The notes: generated from the letters alone by a model not told the origin. Shown: positions 14,167 to 28,121, numbered from the stretch's first letter. The stretch: DNA of 64,000 bases from Octopus vulgaris (GCA_951406725.2 OX597828.1:2294001-2358000), one strand, 5' to 3'. Made by a program: numbers and translations.

Positions 14167-15206
14167 TATATATATATATATATATATAATTTATATTACA
14201 AGATGAAATGAACAGGCTTTAAGCCAAAATCACAGCAATTCTTTCTGTGCATTAGCATTAGCTGTTAGTTGTTGAGTGTTTCACATATACATAGTCTTAT
14301 ACAGATATTATATAAGTATGATCCACAGTAGCTGTGTACTTGCACGTCATCAGGTGTGTGGCTCTGATAACACTGCAGTGCTCTCACAGTCACCCACCTA
14401 ATGGCATGCATATGTATATGAGACACTCAACAACTAATTCACAGAAATAATGGTTGTCATTTGGATGAAAGCGTGTGCATTAATTCTTCTCGTTTTATAA
14501 ATGTTTTTTTGTAAGAATTCTGCATACTTTAACGGATTTCCACATGTATATCCAGCAAAAGGCGCATTCCTGCTTTTTACTCTCCAAAAGTGCCACACAG
14601 GGGGACTGAACCCGTAATCATGTTGCAGCGAAGCGAGCTTCTTAACCATACACACACACACACACGTGCTGTATATTTATATGTGTACATAAAAAAATTG
14701 TACTGAAGTACTAACAAAATAGAGTATTAAGAAACCATTAAAAGAAATGTAACATTAAATAATTAGGAATTTGAAAAATATTCAATAATATATTATAATT
14801 ATAGTTTTATCTTTCGAATTAACAAATTGTAATCTGAATTAAATTGGATTTGAATTTGATAATTCGAAAAATGTAAGTACAGTAATTTTAATCATGAGTT
14901 TTTTTTTTCCCTGGTCATAAAAGTCTTTATATTCATAATGTAGGTGTGTGTAACTTCTTCTGAAAGTCCAAGTTTATCAAGACTATTAATTAGGTATTTA
15001 CTCACAAAACCAAGTGCACCAATTATTATTGGCATACATATAAATTTGTAATCCGGATAAGGAAGCTGGAGGTTACGAAGCAGTAGTCAATAGTTATCCT
15101 CTTTCTCTTTGATTTTCAGAGACAGTCACATCAAGCAGGACAGCTGACCTCTCTAACGGTACATACTTTTTTCTTGGTCTGTCTCAAACAACAATATCCT
15201 GCCTGT

Positions 15207-15812
15207 TACCTTTTACTTGTTTCAGTCATTTGACTGTAGCCATGTTGGGGTACCGCCTTGAGGGTTTTAGTTGAACAAGCTGCCAAGCGGTGGTGGGACT
15301 CTCTCTCTCTCTTTCACACATGCATATATATATACATACATACGCGCGCGCGCACACACACATACACACACCTGCATACATACATACATACATATATAGT
15401 TAATCCAAACAAGAAAGCACAAAAAAACACAACAACGCGAGGACGTGGAACAAATATAGTTTTAATTGAAGGCTCAGGAAAGAAGGAAAAAAGGAGGGTT
15501 TAACGTTTCGAGCGAAGCTCTTCGTCGAAAACATAGGAGAAGGAAAGATCCAGAGAAGGGAAGACAGAGGGAAAAAGATCGCCAACGGTACACACGAGGT
15601 CACATTTTATATATAAATATATACGTATATAAATATATACGTATATAAATATATACGATGGGTTTCTTCCAGTTTCCGTCTACCAAATCCACTGACAAGG
15701 CTTTAGTCAGCACAGGACTATATTAGAAGATCCTTGCTCAAGGTATCACGCAGTGGGACTGAACCAAAAACCATGTGGTTGAGAAGCAAGCTTTTTACCA
15801 CACAGCCACTAC
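15207..15812 (-). mobile_element. SINE family B, split by a short hammerhead-like element
   Basis: 3' part 15207-15290 and tRNA/CORE-like head 15655-15812 match 24853-25310; the middle is replaced by microsatellite plus 15397-15608. Confidence 0.7.
15397..15608 (-). mobile_element. ~210-bp short element (family D) with degenerate hammerhead motif, probable PLE pLTR derivative
   Basis: Homologous to 43349-43575 and 57868-58078; minus strand GTTT-TCGACGA-AGAGCTTCGCTC-GAAACGTT-AAAC; flanked by TA/CA repeats. Confidence 0.65.
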
Positions 15813-15987
15813 ACTTGACAGAAGTTTTGATGCGAATGTTCCACCAGTATCCTTTGTTCTCATGTTTGTGTACGAATAGTATAACAGGAGGATTACCAAT
15901 ATTTATTCCAAGACAATATCTTTTCCATATGACGTTGTATACTGTTTTAGTGACAACGTTGTATCGCATAGGGAGGTAGTAACTCAC

Positions 15988-16129
15988 ATGTATGTATGTA
16001 TGTATGTATGTATGTATGTATGTATGTATGTATGTATGTATGCATGCATGCATGCATGCATGCATGCATGTATGTATGTATGTATGTATGTATGTATGTA
16101 TGTATGTATGTATGTATGTATGTATGTAT
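15988..16129. repeat. (TATG)n/(CATG)n microsatellite
   Basis: Direct reading. Confidence 0.95.
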
Positions 16130-16792
16130 GGAGAGAATAAATACGTTGAATTGACAGCTTCAAAATGTAGAGGAGATTTAGTATATGAAGATTTAGTGGT
16201 TGGCACTTATTTCAAACAGTTTTACACAGGTGAATAAATTGAAATTACTCAGCCTCTATTTAGAAAACAATGTTTTGTTTGAAATCCTAAACTGCTATTT
16301 CTGTTGGCTCTCTACCCCAACGATCAGTACAGCATGAAATTTGATGATATATGACAATATTTCATCTGAAAATATAGAAATGCATATGACAAACCTAATA
16401 AATGGAGGCAGAAAAATAACCAAAGAAAATTGTTAGAGCATGAAAAAGAGCAGTGCACTTTTGACGTAAATATAGACAGATAGATGAGGACTCAGTTATT
16501 GATTTATAAATTAATTCTAGTTCTCACGATGTTAGGTTATATATAGAGGAATAAGTTAAACTTATGAGAATTGGAATTTTTAAGCGTGGGTGAAGAAAAT
16601 GAGAAAAAGATGTTTTTATTTTTCTCTATGGTCAGAACACTGGCTGAAAATATGTTTACTAAAAATACATGTCTTAATTTATTCCTCTATTTAACCTAAC
16701 ACGCTATCGCTCCAATTAATAATTCATGTTGGCAGAACTTTCACTGTTATGCAAATTTAGCTCAAACCGACTTCGTGTATACTTTAAATATT

Positions 16793-17510
16793 CTTTTCTA
16801 CTCTTGGCACAAGGCCTGAAATTTGGGGGAGGGGGGTCAGTACGCAACTGGTACTTAATTTATCGACCCCCGAAAGGATGAAAGGTAAAGTCGACCTCGG
16901 CGGAATTTGAACTCAGAACATAAAGACAGACGAAATACCTATTTCTTTACTGCCCACAAGGGACTAGACACAGAGGGAAAAACAAGGACAGACAAACGGA
17001 TTAAGTCGATTATATCGACCCCAGTGCGTAACTGGTACGTAACTGGCAGACGAAATACCGCTAAGCATTTCGCCCGGCGCGCTAACGTTTCTTATTTCTT
17101 TATTTCCTACAAGGGGCTAAACATAGAGTGGACAAACAAGGACAGACAAACGGATTAAGTCGATTACACCGCCCCCAGTGCATAACTGGTACTTAATTTA
17201 TCGACCCCGAAAGGATGACAGGCAAAGTTGACCTCGGCGGAATTTGAACTCAGAACGTAGCGGCAGACGAAATACCTATTTCTTTACTACCCACAAGGGA
17301 CTAAACATAGAGGAGACAAACAAGGACAGACAAACGGATTAAGTCGATTACATCGACCCCAGTGCGTAACTGGTACTTAATTTATCGACCCCGAAAGGAT
17401 GAAAGGCAAAGTCGACCATGGCGGAATTTGAACTCAGAACGTAGTGACAGACGAATTACTGCTAAGCATTTCGCCCGGCGTGCTAACGTTTCTGCCAGCT
17501 CGCCGCCTTC
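16793..17510 (-). mobile_element. SINE family C concatemer with 15-bp TSD
   Basis: Head GGCGGCGAGCTGGCAGAAACGTTAGC... and B box GAGTTCAAATTCC; body+tail unit repeated about 3x; TATACTTTAAATATT at 16778-16792 and 17511-17525. Confidence 0.85.
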
Positions 17511-17761
17511 TATACTTTAAATATTGAGAAACTATTATTTCTACTGTAGACAGGAATATGAATAACCGATCTCCAATGAAACGGTAAAAGAATGCTGAAA
17601 CTAGTAATAAATATTTCTATTATTTAGTTATAGAGAGAAAATCAACTGGTTAAATCCCAGCCTGTACTTTTTCTAACGAGGCATAAGATGTGTTTCCTAA
17701 AAACGCCAGCTTGTATGTTTAGCGTATATATATCATATCATATCATATCATATGTATACGC

Positions 17762-17822
<61 letters not shown>

Positions 17823-17922
17823 ATTTATTTATTTATTTTATTTATTTTATTTAATTTATATTAAAATTTTATGTATTGATTAAGTCTTTTCTTGTTTGGT
17901 TTTAAAATAGTGGTTTTGTCTC

Positions 17923-17973
<51 letters not shown>

Positions 17974-17978
17974 ATATA

Positions 17979-18870
17979 CAGGTGCCCCAAAATATGTATA
18001 CGCACTTTAACAGCTGATTACTGATTTAAATTACATTTCTTCTTAAATTTAACCTGATTACTTCTGTAATCAAGGAAGCCAGACCAAGCTTTGAGCGAAG
18101 GAAATTTGTTCTAAAATGCTACTAGAAAATTTGAAAACGCAGTTGAAGTGCAACGACATGGCTTACCATCACTATTATTCCAGATAGATTTGAAATAGAT
18201 GGAACTGGTCTGAATGTTCACAAAAATATGTTCCGGAAGACTGCCGTCATCGACAATTTCCACATGGCATGAAATGATACGGAAAACATATTGCTAGAAT
18301 TCAAGAAAATCCGAGCTGCGTGTCATGAGATGAGAATTACAGAGCTGTCATTGAAGTGCGGTCATTGGGAAAGTTACATTCTAAAAACAACCCATGTTCT
18401 TAATGAAGACGATCCGAACCGAAGGTTGGGATATTACAAGTGATACTTGGAAAAATGTCTAAAAGATGCATATTTTCCAACAATGAATGTCTGGAGTGAT
18501 GAAATTACATTTTAATTAAATGTCTCAACCACCAAAATTGCACTTACTAGAGACATGAAAATCTGCAGATCACGGAAGAATGTAATATTTATTCATCATG
18601 AGATACAGTTTGGTGTGGCTTATCTTCAAAAGGGATCATTCTTCTTTCAATTTAGTGTGACTGGTTCCATTTACTTGAACTTGCTGCAACATTCTGTCAG
18701 GAGGACTTCGAAGATGTAGAGCTTTATTTTCAGCAAGATAAGGCACCCCCACACTACTAGGTAAGAGAATTTCTGCCGCCTTCAACTGACCAAATACCAC
18801 TAGTTTTCTTTTTTAATGGTGATACTCAGAAGATAAAAAAATATGGTTCAAAACCGACAACAGACGACGA
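17979..18870 (+). pseudogene. decayed Tc1/mariner-superfamily transposase remnant
   Basis: Starts TA-CAGGTG; fragments translate to WSDEITF, HQNCTY, VWCGLSSKGII, YFQQDKAPPHY; many stops. Confidence 0.65.
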
Positions 18871-18879
18871 ACCATAGGT

Positions 18880-19360
18880 AAGGGACCATTTTCAACAGAC
18901 GCAGCGTTAGAGTCTCGTTCAGCTGTGCCCCCAATATTAAGAGCATCTTAGCGCCGCTAGGACACGGGAAGAGGCACGATGTTCATGCAGGGACGGCAAC
19001 AGATGCCCCTGCGAAACCAAAGGGGTCGTCTATGAAGGCGAAGTACGAGCAAACCCTAGCAATACTACCGGTAGAATCAGTAGCAACCGTAGATACGAGA
19101 ACGGAACCAGTAACACCGCCACCATCGTTACAGTTAACAACATTAGCAGCAATAACAACAACAGCACCAGTTACAACACTGGCAGTTCCGCGACGGCTCG
19201 ACAGCAGTAACAACAACAGCAGCTTCGCCATCAGCAGCAGCATTACCAACAACTTCCCTATCGTCCACAGCAACAAACCTGGCAGCCCCTACAGCAGCAG
19301 CAACAGGTCCAGTGCCATCGCCAGCAATAACGGCAATAATGGCAGCAATAGCAACAGCAT

Positions 19361-19391
<31 letters not shown>

Positions 19392-20180
19392 GGCGACGGT
19401 GGCCCTAGCAGAAACACCAGCGGAACCACAGCTAATGGCACCCCTTGCAGCAATTGCAACTCTCCCACTAGTGACGAGGACCACAATAGCAACAACGTAA
19501 GGTGCCTTCCCCATAACCGGCAGTGACGATACCATTACCGACGCCACCAGCACCTCCAGCGCCGTCGACACTAGCATTCCCAGCTCCAACAACAACGATG
19601 TCGGTGGCAGCACCGACAACACACGCCCACAGAGATACACTCGAATTTCCGAGAACTCTTTCAAGCAGCGTCACTCCAACCTCAAGTTGCTTCTTTAGAG
19701 TTCAGGAAAGGAGATACGTAGCATCACTGGCCAACCACATCTGGCAACTAAGAAACGATGGGATTCCATACTAGATCGCATGGAAAATCCTCGAGAACTC
19801 AGGCCCCTAGATCAACGGGACGAAACGTTGCAAGTTATGCATAGCTGAACGCGCGAGAATCCTAAAGGACTCACTCGAAGCAGGAAACTTCCTTAACTCC
19901 AGAACGGAGATATTCGGGCCATGTTTATATTTCAAGAAGTTTCTGCTAGCTTTTTGGAGCCCACAAGATAGCGGCACAGCCGGAAGACGATGGCCAATAG
20001 CAAAAAGAGATAATCCCTAAATTCTACCTTTGAGTTGTGAGGCATTTCTTCCTCCGTATTTTTGATAAGTTATGGGCTAACAGGGTTTTGGCATCTGACG
20101 ATACGCCATAAAGCTAAACACTTTATGGGCGGGAAACCTAAGTTAATCCCAGAAACCAGCCTTCTCTATTTTTAATATAT
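18880..20180 (+). mobile_element. Penelope-like element remnant (low-complexity region, GIY-YIG C-terminus and pLTR with hammerhead)
   Basis: 19690-20019 reads SLANHIWQLRNDGIPY*IAWKILENSGP*INGTKRCKLCIAERARIL...LNSRTEIFGPCLYFKKFLL; CTGACGA...GAAA motif at 20095-20136; ends in (TA)n; left boundary approximate. Confidence 0.75.
20083..20157 (+). ncRNA. hammerhead ribozyme-like motif in PLE 3' end
   Basis: CTGACGA, stem II CCATAAAG/CTTTATGG, GAAA, imperfect stem I GGGTTTTGGCAT/ATCCCAGAAACC; stem III degenerate. Confidence 0.6.
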
Positions 20181-20187
20181 ATATATA

Positions 20188-20600
20188 CTAGCAGAGTTAC
20201 CCGGCGTTGCCCGATTTACATTCAATTGAAGAATTAGACTTTTCTGTTATATTTTCTGTAATGAATTGGAATATCTATGTTTCGAATTTCATCAATATAT
20301 GTTCACTGGGTTTGTAAAAGAGTGCAAAGCTACAGGAAACCAAAAGACGAATGATCACAGTAAGCAGTCAGCTACAGTACCCTAGTCGTTACCACTCCCA
20401 ATGTAGTATTCCTCGCCATCCAGGTGACAGGCACAGCCGTAAGATGCATTACGAATCTATAGCAATTGGAAGGGCGTAGCCCAACTGAAATAAACATTAA
20501 CAACTGTGTGACGTGAGGGCTAAGGAGAAATGAAAGCTGGAGTTTGCAAATGACCACTATAAAATGTACTCTCCTTGTACAGTTTCATATAGTTGGATTT
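20188..20600 (-). mobile_element. Helitron 3' end fragment
   Basis: Minus strand hairpin CGGGCAACGCCGGG then TAACTCTG-CTAG|T; same terminus as 28122; upstream extent uncertain. Confidence 0.6.
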
Positions 20601-21369
20601 TTCCATGCTTTAGGTGGGTTTCGTAGATAAAGACCATGGTTAAATGGACTTCGTATATGTGTGTGTAACCACGTGTGTTGCTTGAGTAATAAATTTTTAA
20701 CCTCATTTAATAAGACATAGAATTGATCTGTGATATACTCTCTAGTACGGTCACCCGGAATTTATCACAAATACAAGGTTGGAGTCCTCTGGGAGGAACT
20801 GTTTTCTTTCTATATTTTCAAAGTTCCTAGTTTTGTCCCCATGTCGAAGTAAATTGTGCTGTTTTACAAATAACTAGAAAGATAAAAGAAAAACAAGCAA
20901 CAGACAAACTACTCGTAGTTTTCCTCCTGGAAAAGACAGATATGGTATTGTCTTCCAGCTTCATAGGCGAAAGGTGACACGCTTAATTAATATCCTTCAA
21001 ACATTTAAAAAAAAACTAGAAGTTATTGTACAACTATACTGTCTCAGTAAAAGTTCTTTTTATCTAAACCATCTTTTCCTTCTTTTTCTCTCTGTGGCTT
21101 TCTCTCTCTTTCTCTCTCCCTCTCTCTTTCCCTCTCTATCTGTCTCACTATCTTTGACTGTTTGTCTATATACATTTGTGTGTGTGTGCATGTGTGTCTT
21201 TCCCTCTTTCACCATTCTCACATCCGATGCTGGAAATAGCTTTGTCAAAGTAATTTTACATCGTTGCATTAGGAACTATGATGCTCATGCTATTCTCTCA
21301 TGTTTCTGGGTCAAGTCAAATGCTAAACAGTTCAACTACTGTTCAACGTGTGTGTGTATACATACATAG

Positions 21370-21401
<32 letters not shown>

Positions 21402-21402
21402 G

Positions 21403-21446
<44 letters not shown>

Positions 21447-21515
21447 TATAATATATGAATATATAAAATATATACACATGTATATACATATACACACACA
21501 CATGTATATATATAT

Positions 21516-21566
<51 letters not shown>

Positions 21567-22279
21567 TGAATGTGTAAATATATATGAATTTTATATATAC
21601 GTATATATATAGGTGTGTGTGTGTATGTAATATATACACATGTATATACATACATATAAACATATATAAGCGCGCGAATATGTATGTATATGTATGTGTT
21701 TGTATGTATGTGTTCTAGAATGCTTACAACATGTCTGGACCAAGCGGGCGCACCATAGATACACTACATGATGTCAAATGTCTCTAGTGTATCAAATTTA
21801 ATATTTCACAACTTATACTGAGATGCTTTGTTCTTATACTTTCTACTCCGAACTTTTCATCTTTACTCAACAGTAACAATATTAAGCTATTTTATTCTTA
21901 CGGGAGAACTTATAATCTTTCTCCGTCAAACCAACACACTACATCTGTTTCCAATTCGTTCTTTATTCTTATCCGCATGAGATTGCTTTCAGTGCTTCGT
22001 CCAGAATAGAACTCAGCGTTAGCGACCTAACAGGAACTATTAATTCAATGGGTTTAACTTTTATAACTTTTATTCATATAGGAACTCTAAATCTGTCAAA
22101 ATTACAAATATGTTAATGCACTCAGTGAAGAAACCATCCCCATGACGGTCAATTAGTTCCTGATGATAAGCCTCTGAAAAGTTTCCTGTTGCTTTTTGAT
22201 GTAAAGTTTTTGTTGGTGGTGTTCTGGAAACTGGGGTCAGTTGTTCTTTTTAGTTGAGTTTAGTTTTTCCTTCTCACAC

Positions 22280-22735
22280 CTCATCAAAAGCGCACCAGGC
22301 TAATCGCATCATGAGAAAATCTTACATTGTTTCAGGCAGATCCAGCTGGTTTCGTTAAACATTTCCTAGTCTGAGATGAAAGTTTGCTTCACCAATTTGA
22401 GCCAGGGGCAAAGAGACAATCCATGCAATGGAAATACAACTCTTCACCTGCTCCAAAGAAGGCCAAAGTCGTTTCATTTGCAGGGGAGGTGATGGCCTCA
22501 CTTTTTGAGGATGCAAAAAGTATTGTGTTTATTCACTATCTTCAAAAGGGCCACGCCATCAAAGGAAAGTACGGTGCCAACTTGCTGAGACAAGTACGAA
22601 GGGCTATTAAGACTAAATGTCCAAGAAAACCGGCGAAAGAGGTCTTGTTTCATCAGGTCAGTGCTTCAGCACACAAGTCATTGGCTTCCATGGCTGCTGT
22701 GCGTGACTGTGGCTTTGAACTGGTTTAGCTCCATC
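22280..22735 (+). pseudogene. mariner transposase fragment
   Basis: ORF 22384-22728 KRQSMQWK..PAPKKAK..AGEVMASLFEDAKSIVFIHYLQKG..LFHQVSASAH is mariner catalytic-domain-like and degenerate. Confidence 0.8.
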
Positions 22736-23754
22736 CTATTATCATTTGTTGTGTTTTGGTATCATTGCAGCATAATTTCATGTTGTGTTTAGTGTCATTG
22801 GAGTATAATTGCGTGTGGTAGCCATTTTGGATATGAAAAGGCAAAATCGACCTCGGCGGGATTTGAAGATGTAAAAGACTGTAACTATAACGGAAGGCAT
22901 TCTGTCTGGCGATAGCAAAACACATAAGTATTGTGGACAGATACGTTTATACATACCATTACAATGTATGAATTTGAGTAAGAATCACTGACTTGTTCTA
23001 ATTGCGTTGAAAGTGACTTCGCATTTCTTTGGTCAATAAAGTATGAGACAGCCATATATTTGATACACAAATGTATGGCTGTCGTTGACTGCCAAAAAGA
23101 ATTATGAAAATTGTGTCTGTTAAGCAGATTGTTTATAATTTCACAGCACTAAAGACTATGCTAGTTTTATTCTCATTCATCATAAACAGCTACATATGCC
23201 CGCAGAAGGGGAGCAACAAATTGAATGGACGACAACAGTTTCGCAGGATTAATTATTCTGACAGTGGAAAAATAGCGTTACACAGATTTCAATGCTGTTA
23301 TATTCAGGAATGAATAAATCAATTTTGATAGCTTTACATGTTACGTGCATGTAAACAATCTTTTTGATTGTTTTTGCATGAAACCCAAGTTAATGAGTGC
23401 ATGTGGAACAATACATTGCAATTTTGAGTCTATTCTTATCTGGTATAATTGTAACGTGCTTTCTAAATTAAATGTAAAAACTTATAAGCCTCGTTAGTTA
23501 CTGGACGGACATACGATTTAGCATTGGGTGATATAAATTACTCCTTTTACAATTCGATATAAGACGTAATCAATTTATTTTTGATCTTGCACTTTTATGT
23601 TTCAAGACAAAACAATATTCATATCAAGACTAAGTATGCCGCTTATAAACACAGAATAAATTATATGCAATGAAGTGTGTGTACAGATATGTGTGTATGT
23701 TAACTGTAGGCATATAGTTATACATATATATAAAACTGTGTATGCATTTTTCTA

Positions 23755-24050
<296 letters not shown>

Positions 24051-24852
24051 GTCTTATACAAGAATGTTGTTAACAGTGTCTTCGGATTTTCGGCCAACTA
24101 CGGCGGACTACGATTCTTTGTATTTAGTTTTGTCTTTATACACTCTCTGTTTGAGTTAAAATCATCTTTGAGTGTGTAGGTTTGAGTGGGGTGGTATTGT
24201 TGAGCATCAATATTTTTCAACGAAACAAATCAAAAATGAGCGTATGTTTATCTGTAGAACTTAATAGTATGGATGTATATTGTATGTGATAACAATAATG
24301 AAATGAGTAGGTGCAAATTACATGCATGCGCCTGTCTTTCTGAAATTTAAACTATACTGCATGTGATTCAGTAATGTGAGAGGCTTCTAAAACTAATTTA
24401 CGCCTCAAGCTCAGTAGTACAGTATTACAGCAACAAACTTTGCCATGGGTTTGCTGATGTAATAAATAATGTTTATCATAACGAAGCAAATTAAATGCTT
24501 TACAATACATCATTTTACATGATGAGTAAACATTCCGATTTTAAACTTAACTGCGAGGGAGTGGGGCATATATCTTTCACCCCACGAATTCGAAACAATA
24601 ACTGCCACAAATGTTATTAAGAGTTCATGCAATCAACTGTAACACCGTTCTAAAAAGATTTATTCTAAAATGAATGATACTTTGTCAGACATTAAGGGGT
24701 ATGCTCAATTGGTCAAGCAACTGACAAACAAATCTGCGGTATTGGGCTGGATATTTGTCTTTTATACCAAGACAAAACAATGTACATGATAACACTTCCA
24801 ATCAGTTATGAACAGACTCATGAGAGCCACTGCCTGGTATCGCAATTATTAT

Positions 24853-25069
24853 TATTCTTTTATTCTTTTATTTGTTTCAGTCATTTGACTGCGGCTATGC
24901 TGGAGCACCGCCTTTAGTCGAACAATTCGACCCCAGGACTTATTCTTTGTAAGCCTAGTACTTATTCTACCGGTTCCTTTTGCCGAACCGCCAAGTGACG
25001 GGGACATAAACACATCAACATCGGTTGTCAAGCGATGATGGAGGACAAACACAGATACATAAACACACA

Positions 25070-25153
<84 letters not shown>

Positions 25154-25310
25154 CGACAGGCTTCTTTCAGTTTCCGTCTACCAAATCCAATCACAAGGCT
25201 TTGGTCGGCCCGAGGCTATAGTAGAAGACACTTGCCCAAGGTGTCACGCAATGGGACTGAACCCGGAACCATGTGGTTGGCAAGCAAACTACTTACCACA
25301 CAGCCACTGC
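24853..25310 (-). mobile_element. SINE family B (tRNA head, CORE-like domain, internal (TA)/(TG) microsatellite)
   Basis: Minus strand GTGGCTGTGTGGTAAG..GGTTCAGTCC..ACCTTGGGCAAGTGTCTT; 3' tail (AAAAGAAT)n; matches 50845-51289 and 63550-63941. Confidence 0.88.
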
Positions 25311-25334
25311 TTATTATCATATTTATCATCATCG

Positions 25335-25371
<37 letters not shown>

Positions 25372-25493
25372 TGTATCCATTTGTAAACTCCCATTAGAAT
25401 GCTTGACAAGCAAGATATATAGTGTTGTATGCAATGTAATTATTGCAGGAAATGTACTAAAATTAATAACTGAAACTACTTACCCATGTGCGT

Positions 25494-25581
<88 letters not shown>

Positions 25582-25654
25582 GTGTGCGTGTGCGTGTGTG
25601 TGCGTGTGCGTGTATGTGCGTGTGTGTGTGTGCGTGTGTGTGTGTGCGTGCGTG

Positions 25655-25694
<40 letters not shown>

Positions 25695-25712
25695 TATGCG
25701 AGTGTAATTAAC

Positions 25713-26195
25713 AGCGACAGAAGCAGTGTTAATAGTAAAAGGTAACATTTATCCCCCGCTTAACAGTGACTGTTGTATTAGAATAGCAAATACTGCATTA
25801 TTTGCCATGAGAGAACCTCTCATGTGGACGTTTGTGATTTCGGCTTCTTTCGCAATTAATTATTTTTTAATAAGCCCACTGGTTATTTGCAACGCCAGTG
25901 CCTAAATAGACACTGGGGTTCTATGTATATCTCTGACGGAGATATCGCTACTATCACTAGACACGAATGTCTACCATTTCGAGGAAGGTCGAAATCACAT
26001 GATCTGATAGCACAGGCGGCGGTAGTAGACGAGTATTTCCCGCGAGCGATATAAACACGAGTGCTTATATGCATGACAGATCCATATGAAAGGTTCACTC
26101 ATGGTAAATAATGCAGTATTTTATGACCTAACACAACATCCATTTTTAAGTGGGGATAAGCATTACCTTTTTGTTTTAATACTGCTTCGGTCGCT
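25713..26195. mobile_element. MITE with ~120-bp imperfect TIRs
   Basis: AGCGACAGAAGCAGTGTTAA...AAATACTGCATTATTTGCCATGAG vs CTCATGGTAAATAATGCAGTATTT...TTAATACTGCTTCGGTCGCT. Confidence 0.7.
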
Positions 26196-26819
26196 ATATG
26201 AATGCATTTTGTATTTTGTATGTATGCATGCACATATTTAAGCATGTGTGTGTGCATGTATGTATGTATGTATGTATGTATGTATGTATGTATGTGTGTA
26301 TGTATGCGTCTGTGGAATTCTTCATCAGTATTTGGATAAATGCGTATGTGTTATGACAGATTAGATGGCCAGTCATATAATCACTGAAGTAGGATATTGT
26401 TGGTATTGTTTTGTCACATCGATGATAATTGAGGTAAGCATCTTGTCTCTCACATTGAAATGGTGAAGGTGCCGAAGGAAAGTTTGTTTCTTGCTGTGAT
26501 GGGGCAAAAGAAGGCCATCTATCTTCACGTTAAAAGCATTCTTTTAACCCTGAGTCAATCTGGTCAAGGATAGAAGAATGTCTTTTGTCGTTTGCAATTG
26601 GAACACAAACTTCTGAACAAACTCTCTGACTTAGCTTATATTGTAAAGCTAAAAAGATTGTTTAATGAGACAGGGGTCGGTAGCGTAGAACAGATTTTTT
26701 TTGCTTGAGCGCATATGAGCAGTTGATAACAAATTGATATTAAGAACAGTGAGAAAACAAGCTGAGTTCTACAATATATGAAGATCAAATCTTAGCAGGG
26801 TTTCCATTTATACCACTCG

Positions 26820-27780
26820 GTCTATATTCTATAATATCGCATTCTATCATAAACTAATTTTCTAAGCAAAAATGTTTGGTCCGAAGCTATTGACGAAGCA
26901 TCTTTTACCTGGTTTGCAACCTACGGGTTGCTTATTCAAAAGAAAGCTTTGGATATAGCAAAACATCGATGCCACTCGGCTTTTTAGACCAGTATCACAT
27001 GTATGAGTCAATTTCGTGTTCGCTACGAGATAACAGTCCAAGCTTTCTATGGTGAAGTGGTTGAAGTTCAGTACAGAAAAAAAAACTGAGTGGAAATAAA
27101 AGTAAAAAAGAAAAAAGCGTTATTTCGTTTAAAAAAAAAACACATATGAGGCTAGTGTTTTTTTATCAGTAGTTACATCGCACTCTCTCACCCAAAAGAG
27201 ACAGAGAAGCAAAGGAGTTAAAACAACACTTGTTTGTAGCAGCGCGATGTGAACTGAGAAATTACGTTACTTTCTCAGAAGATCAAGAACGCCAAGATAC
27301 TTTTAAAATGTAAAGTGTTTTACAGTAGATATGACGGCAAAAAAATGTTGCATCATGAGAGTTATTTGCCACTTGGTTAACTAAACAGAGCAAGAAAATA
27401 AAGACAAAACGGAAAATCTTACTATTGCTAGACAATTGTTCAACACAGTATCATCCGTCAACTGTTGGATCCAGCAAAAGTTTTTTCTTAGTCCCATTAA
27501 ATCCATTATAGAAAAAAAACAACATGCGAAAAAGCTGCTTTTTTCTATGAAAAATGAGAGATGTTGATGTTAAACGAGTGATTCACGTGATAGCAGCAAC
27601 ATGGTAGAAAATGAAAAACAAAACAACTGAGGATGTTCGTGTCTTGGTTTTATAGAATGTGATTAAGAACTTCAGCTGTTGAGGAACTCAGTTACAGCTA
27701 TAAAATATGTTCAATAGGATGTAAGCTTTGAGACATTTATTACTGCAGATGACTGTTAGTTTCACAGTAGCGAGATAACG
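26820..27780 (+). pseudogene. highly decayed pogo/Tigger-like (CENP-B HTH/DDE_1) transposase
   Basis: Fragments EAIDEASFTWF, IQKKALDIA, LLLLDNCST. Confidence 0.45.
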
Positions 27781-27789
27781 AAAGCGTTG

Positions 27790-27945
27790 TTTGCAGACCC
27801 ACTAAGTTTTCTCGGTTGAATTTTTGCTTCTGTCACCAACTCGGAGTATCTTTGAGAAAAGCCGGTCAAGCTTCTATACGTGGTGTCCGATACTATGACT
27901 GTGACATCGTCCGCATATGCCAACACAGTTTTCACATCTAAACGG
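27790..27945 (-). pseudogene. non-LTR retrotransposon RT fragment
   Basis: Minus strand VLAYADDVTVI...KINREN. Confidence 0.65.
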
Positions 27946-28121
27946 TTCTGATAGATGGCCAGTCACCCTAACCACCAAGCAGATGGTTACCTAGAGGCTT
28001 CCAAACAAGACCAAACAAAATTTCAGACGGCCAACTTGTCTTGGAGGAATGGTTGGCTTTATAACAAAATGGTACCCCAAAGGCCAAAAGTCATTTTCTT
28101 CATGACAGCAAAATTTAACAA

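Noticed and set aside
18983-19774. Host exon with poly-Ala/Ser/Thr tracts
   Set aside because: Overlapping low-complexity ORFs on both strands, no clear splice sites, and contiguous with a PLE endonuclease remnant
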